Shown in pieces: positions 63,244-64,000 of a DNA stretch of 64,000 nt. The stretch is from the sequence record NC_031043.1; one strand, written 5' to 3'. Under the pieces are notes generated by a model. That model did not search any database, was not told the DNA's origin, and worked only from the letters and a program-made list of their open reading frames with translations. A program made the translations under genes and the position numbers. Numbering within the stretch: the stretch's first letter is position 1; the number at the start of each line of letters is the position of its first letter.

Positions 63244-63415
63244 AAGGGGGGATCAAGGGGGGATGGATAATTTAGTTATTAGTTAGATAGATAATGAGAT
63301 TGAAATGAATGTCTAATTGATTGTATCAATTAAGAATGAATGTAAATCGAAATTAGATAGATAACTAATACCATACGTACTCGGTAGGCTAGTTAGGTAT
63401 CCCACCAAGGGATAC
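63244..63415. repeat. Cluster of short direct and inverted repeats in an AT-rich non-coding tract
   Basis: AAGGGGGGAT x2, TTAGATAGATAA x2, AATGAATGT x2, palindrome TAATTGAT-tgt-ATCAATTA, hairpin GGTATCCC-accaa-GGGATACC. Confidence 0.75.
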
Positions 63416-63427
63416 CACTAATATATA

Positions 63428-63454
63428 TTTTTTTAGATATATATTACTTAGGTG
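63428..63454 (+). promoter_or_regulatory. Class-A promoter (T7, AGATATATATTAC, N4, GTG)
   Basis: Contains TATATTAC. Confidence 0.7.
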
Positions 63455-63502
63455 AGGATGCTAGTCAATCCTCTACTATCACTTACAGAGGAGTTTACAA
63501 TT

Positions 63503-63952
63503 ATGATGTTACACTTAGTTGAAATGAATGGTACTAAGAATGAGTACCTTTTAAATGCCGGTCTTTACATTCCGGTTAGCGTTTCCCCTGCAGAGGTCAA
63601 TCCCCGTAGGGAGAGTTTACTCGACAGTTTAAAGCGTGTCGGGATTCCACATTCCACTCGCGAGGTGTTCCTGCTGGAGCACCGTTACGAAGACAGAAAC
63701 GCCATTCGCTGCTGGTTGTTCGTTCCAGAGCCGGGCCGTACAGATATCGTCGAAGTTGATGCTGACCGTACTTACGCAGCAATCAAAGATGTAGTGCAGT
63801 GGACGAAGGGGGATGAGAACCCTAACAGTCGCCTGTTCAGTCTTTACAAACTCCGTACCACTAATGAAATTACGTGGAAAGGTTACGGGGAAGCAGCAGG
63901 GGCGGAACCTGCCCGTCAGTGGTTCTTAGATATCATCAACCAAGTTTGGTAA
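63503..63952 (+). CDS. Hypothetical protein (probably early)
   Basis: GAGGAG RBS before ATG 63503/63506. Confidence 0.75.
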   Translation: MMLHLVEMNGTKNEYLLNAGLYIPVSVSPAEVNPRRESLLDSLKRVGIPHSTREVFLLEHRYEDRNAIRCWLFVPEPGRTDIVEVDADRTYAAIKDVVQWTKGDENPNSRLFSLYKLRTTNEITWKGYGEAAGAEPARQWFLDIINQVW

Positions 63953-64000
63953 TCCCTTGGGGTAGTGATACCCCTTTATACAACACCGTGGAGCAATTAA

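Noticed and set aside
63064-63270. 68-aa plus-strand ORF in the non-coding region
   Set aside because: TTG start without an RBS, located directly after a terminator with no promoter motif, and the C-terminus is low-complexity.
1-64000. tRNA/rRNA genes, CRISPR arrays, IS elements, stop-codon recoding
   Set aside because: No cloverleaf or T-loop signatures, no regularly spaced repeat-spacer units and no transposase were seen by eye. Genes are full-length in the standard code. A tRNAscan/CRISPR scan was not run.
1-64000. Calling individual late promoters from TATG
   Set aside because: A bare 4-mer is too frequent to call without TSS data.

Overview
A 64-kb segment of a phiKZ-related jumbo myophage (Chimalliviridae-type, nucleus-forming lineage). 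The gene order matches what I recall for Salmonella phage SPN3US and its enterobacterial relatives. It carries: the C-terminal part of an SbcC/Rad50 ATPase; a DarG-like macrodomain; a signal-peptide-bearing lytic transglycosylase; a candidate two-component spanin; a DEDD exonuclease plus RNase H; a UvsX recombinase; four of the five split virion RNA polymerase subunits; a 2470-aa tape-measure protein with a transglycosylase domain; the prohead protease; tail tube and sheath; and the large terminase. Accessory genes (NADAR-like, CYTH-like, HAD nucleotidase, HD hydrolase, a ligase-fold protein lacking the catalytic Lys, many tiny membrane proteins) are interspersed. Two related phage promoter motifs with fixed spacing and many intrinsic terminators are readable directly. 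A ~500-bp non-coding, symmetry-rich region lies at 62952-63450. No tRNA, rRNA, CRISPR array, intron/intein or mobile element was recognised. phiKZ/SPN3US gene numbers are recalled from the literature and were not checked against a database. Several ORF-track starts were moved to RBS-supported codons.
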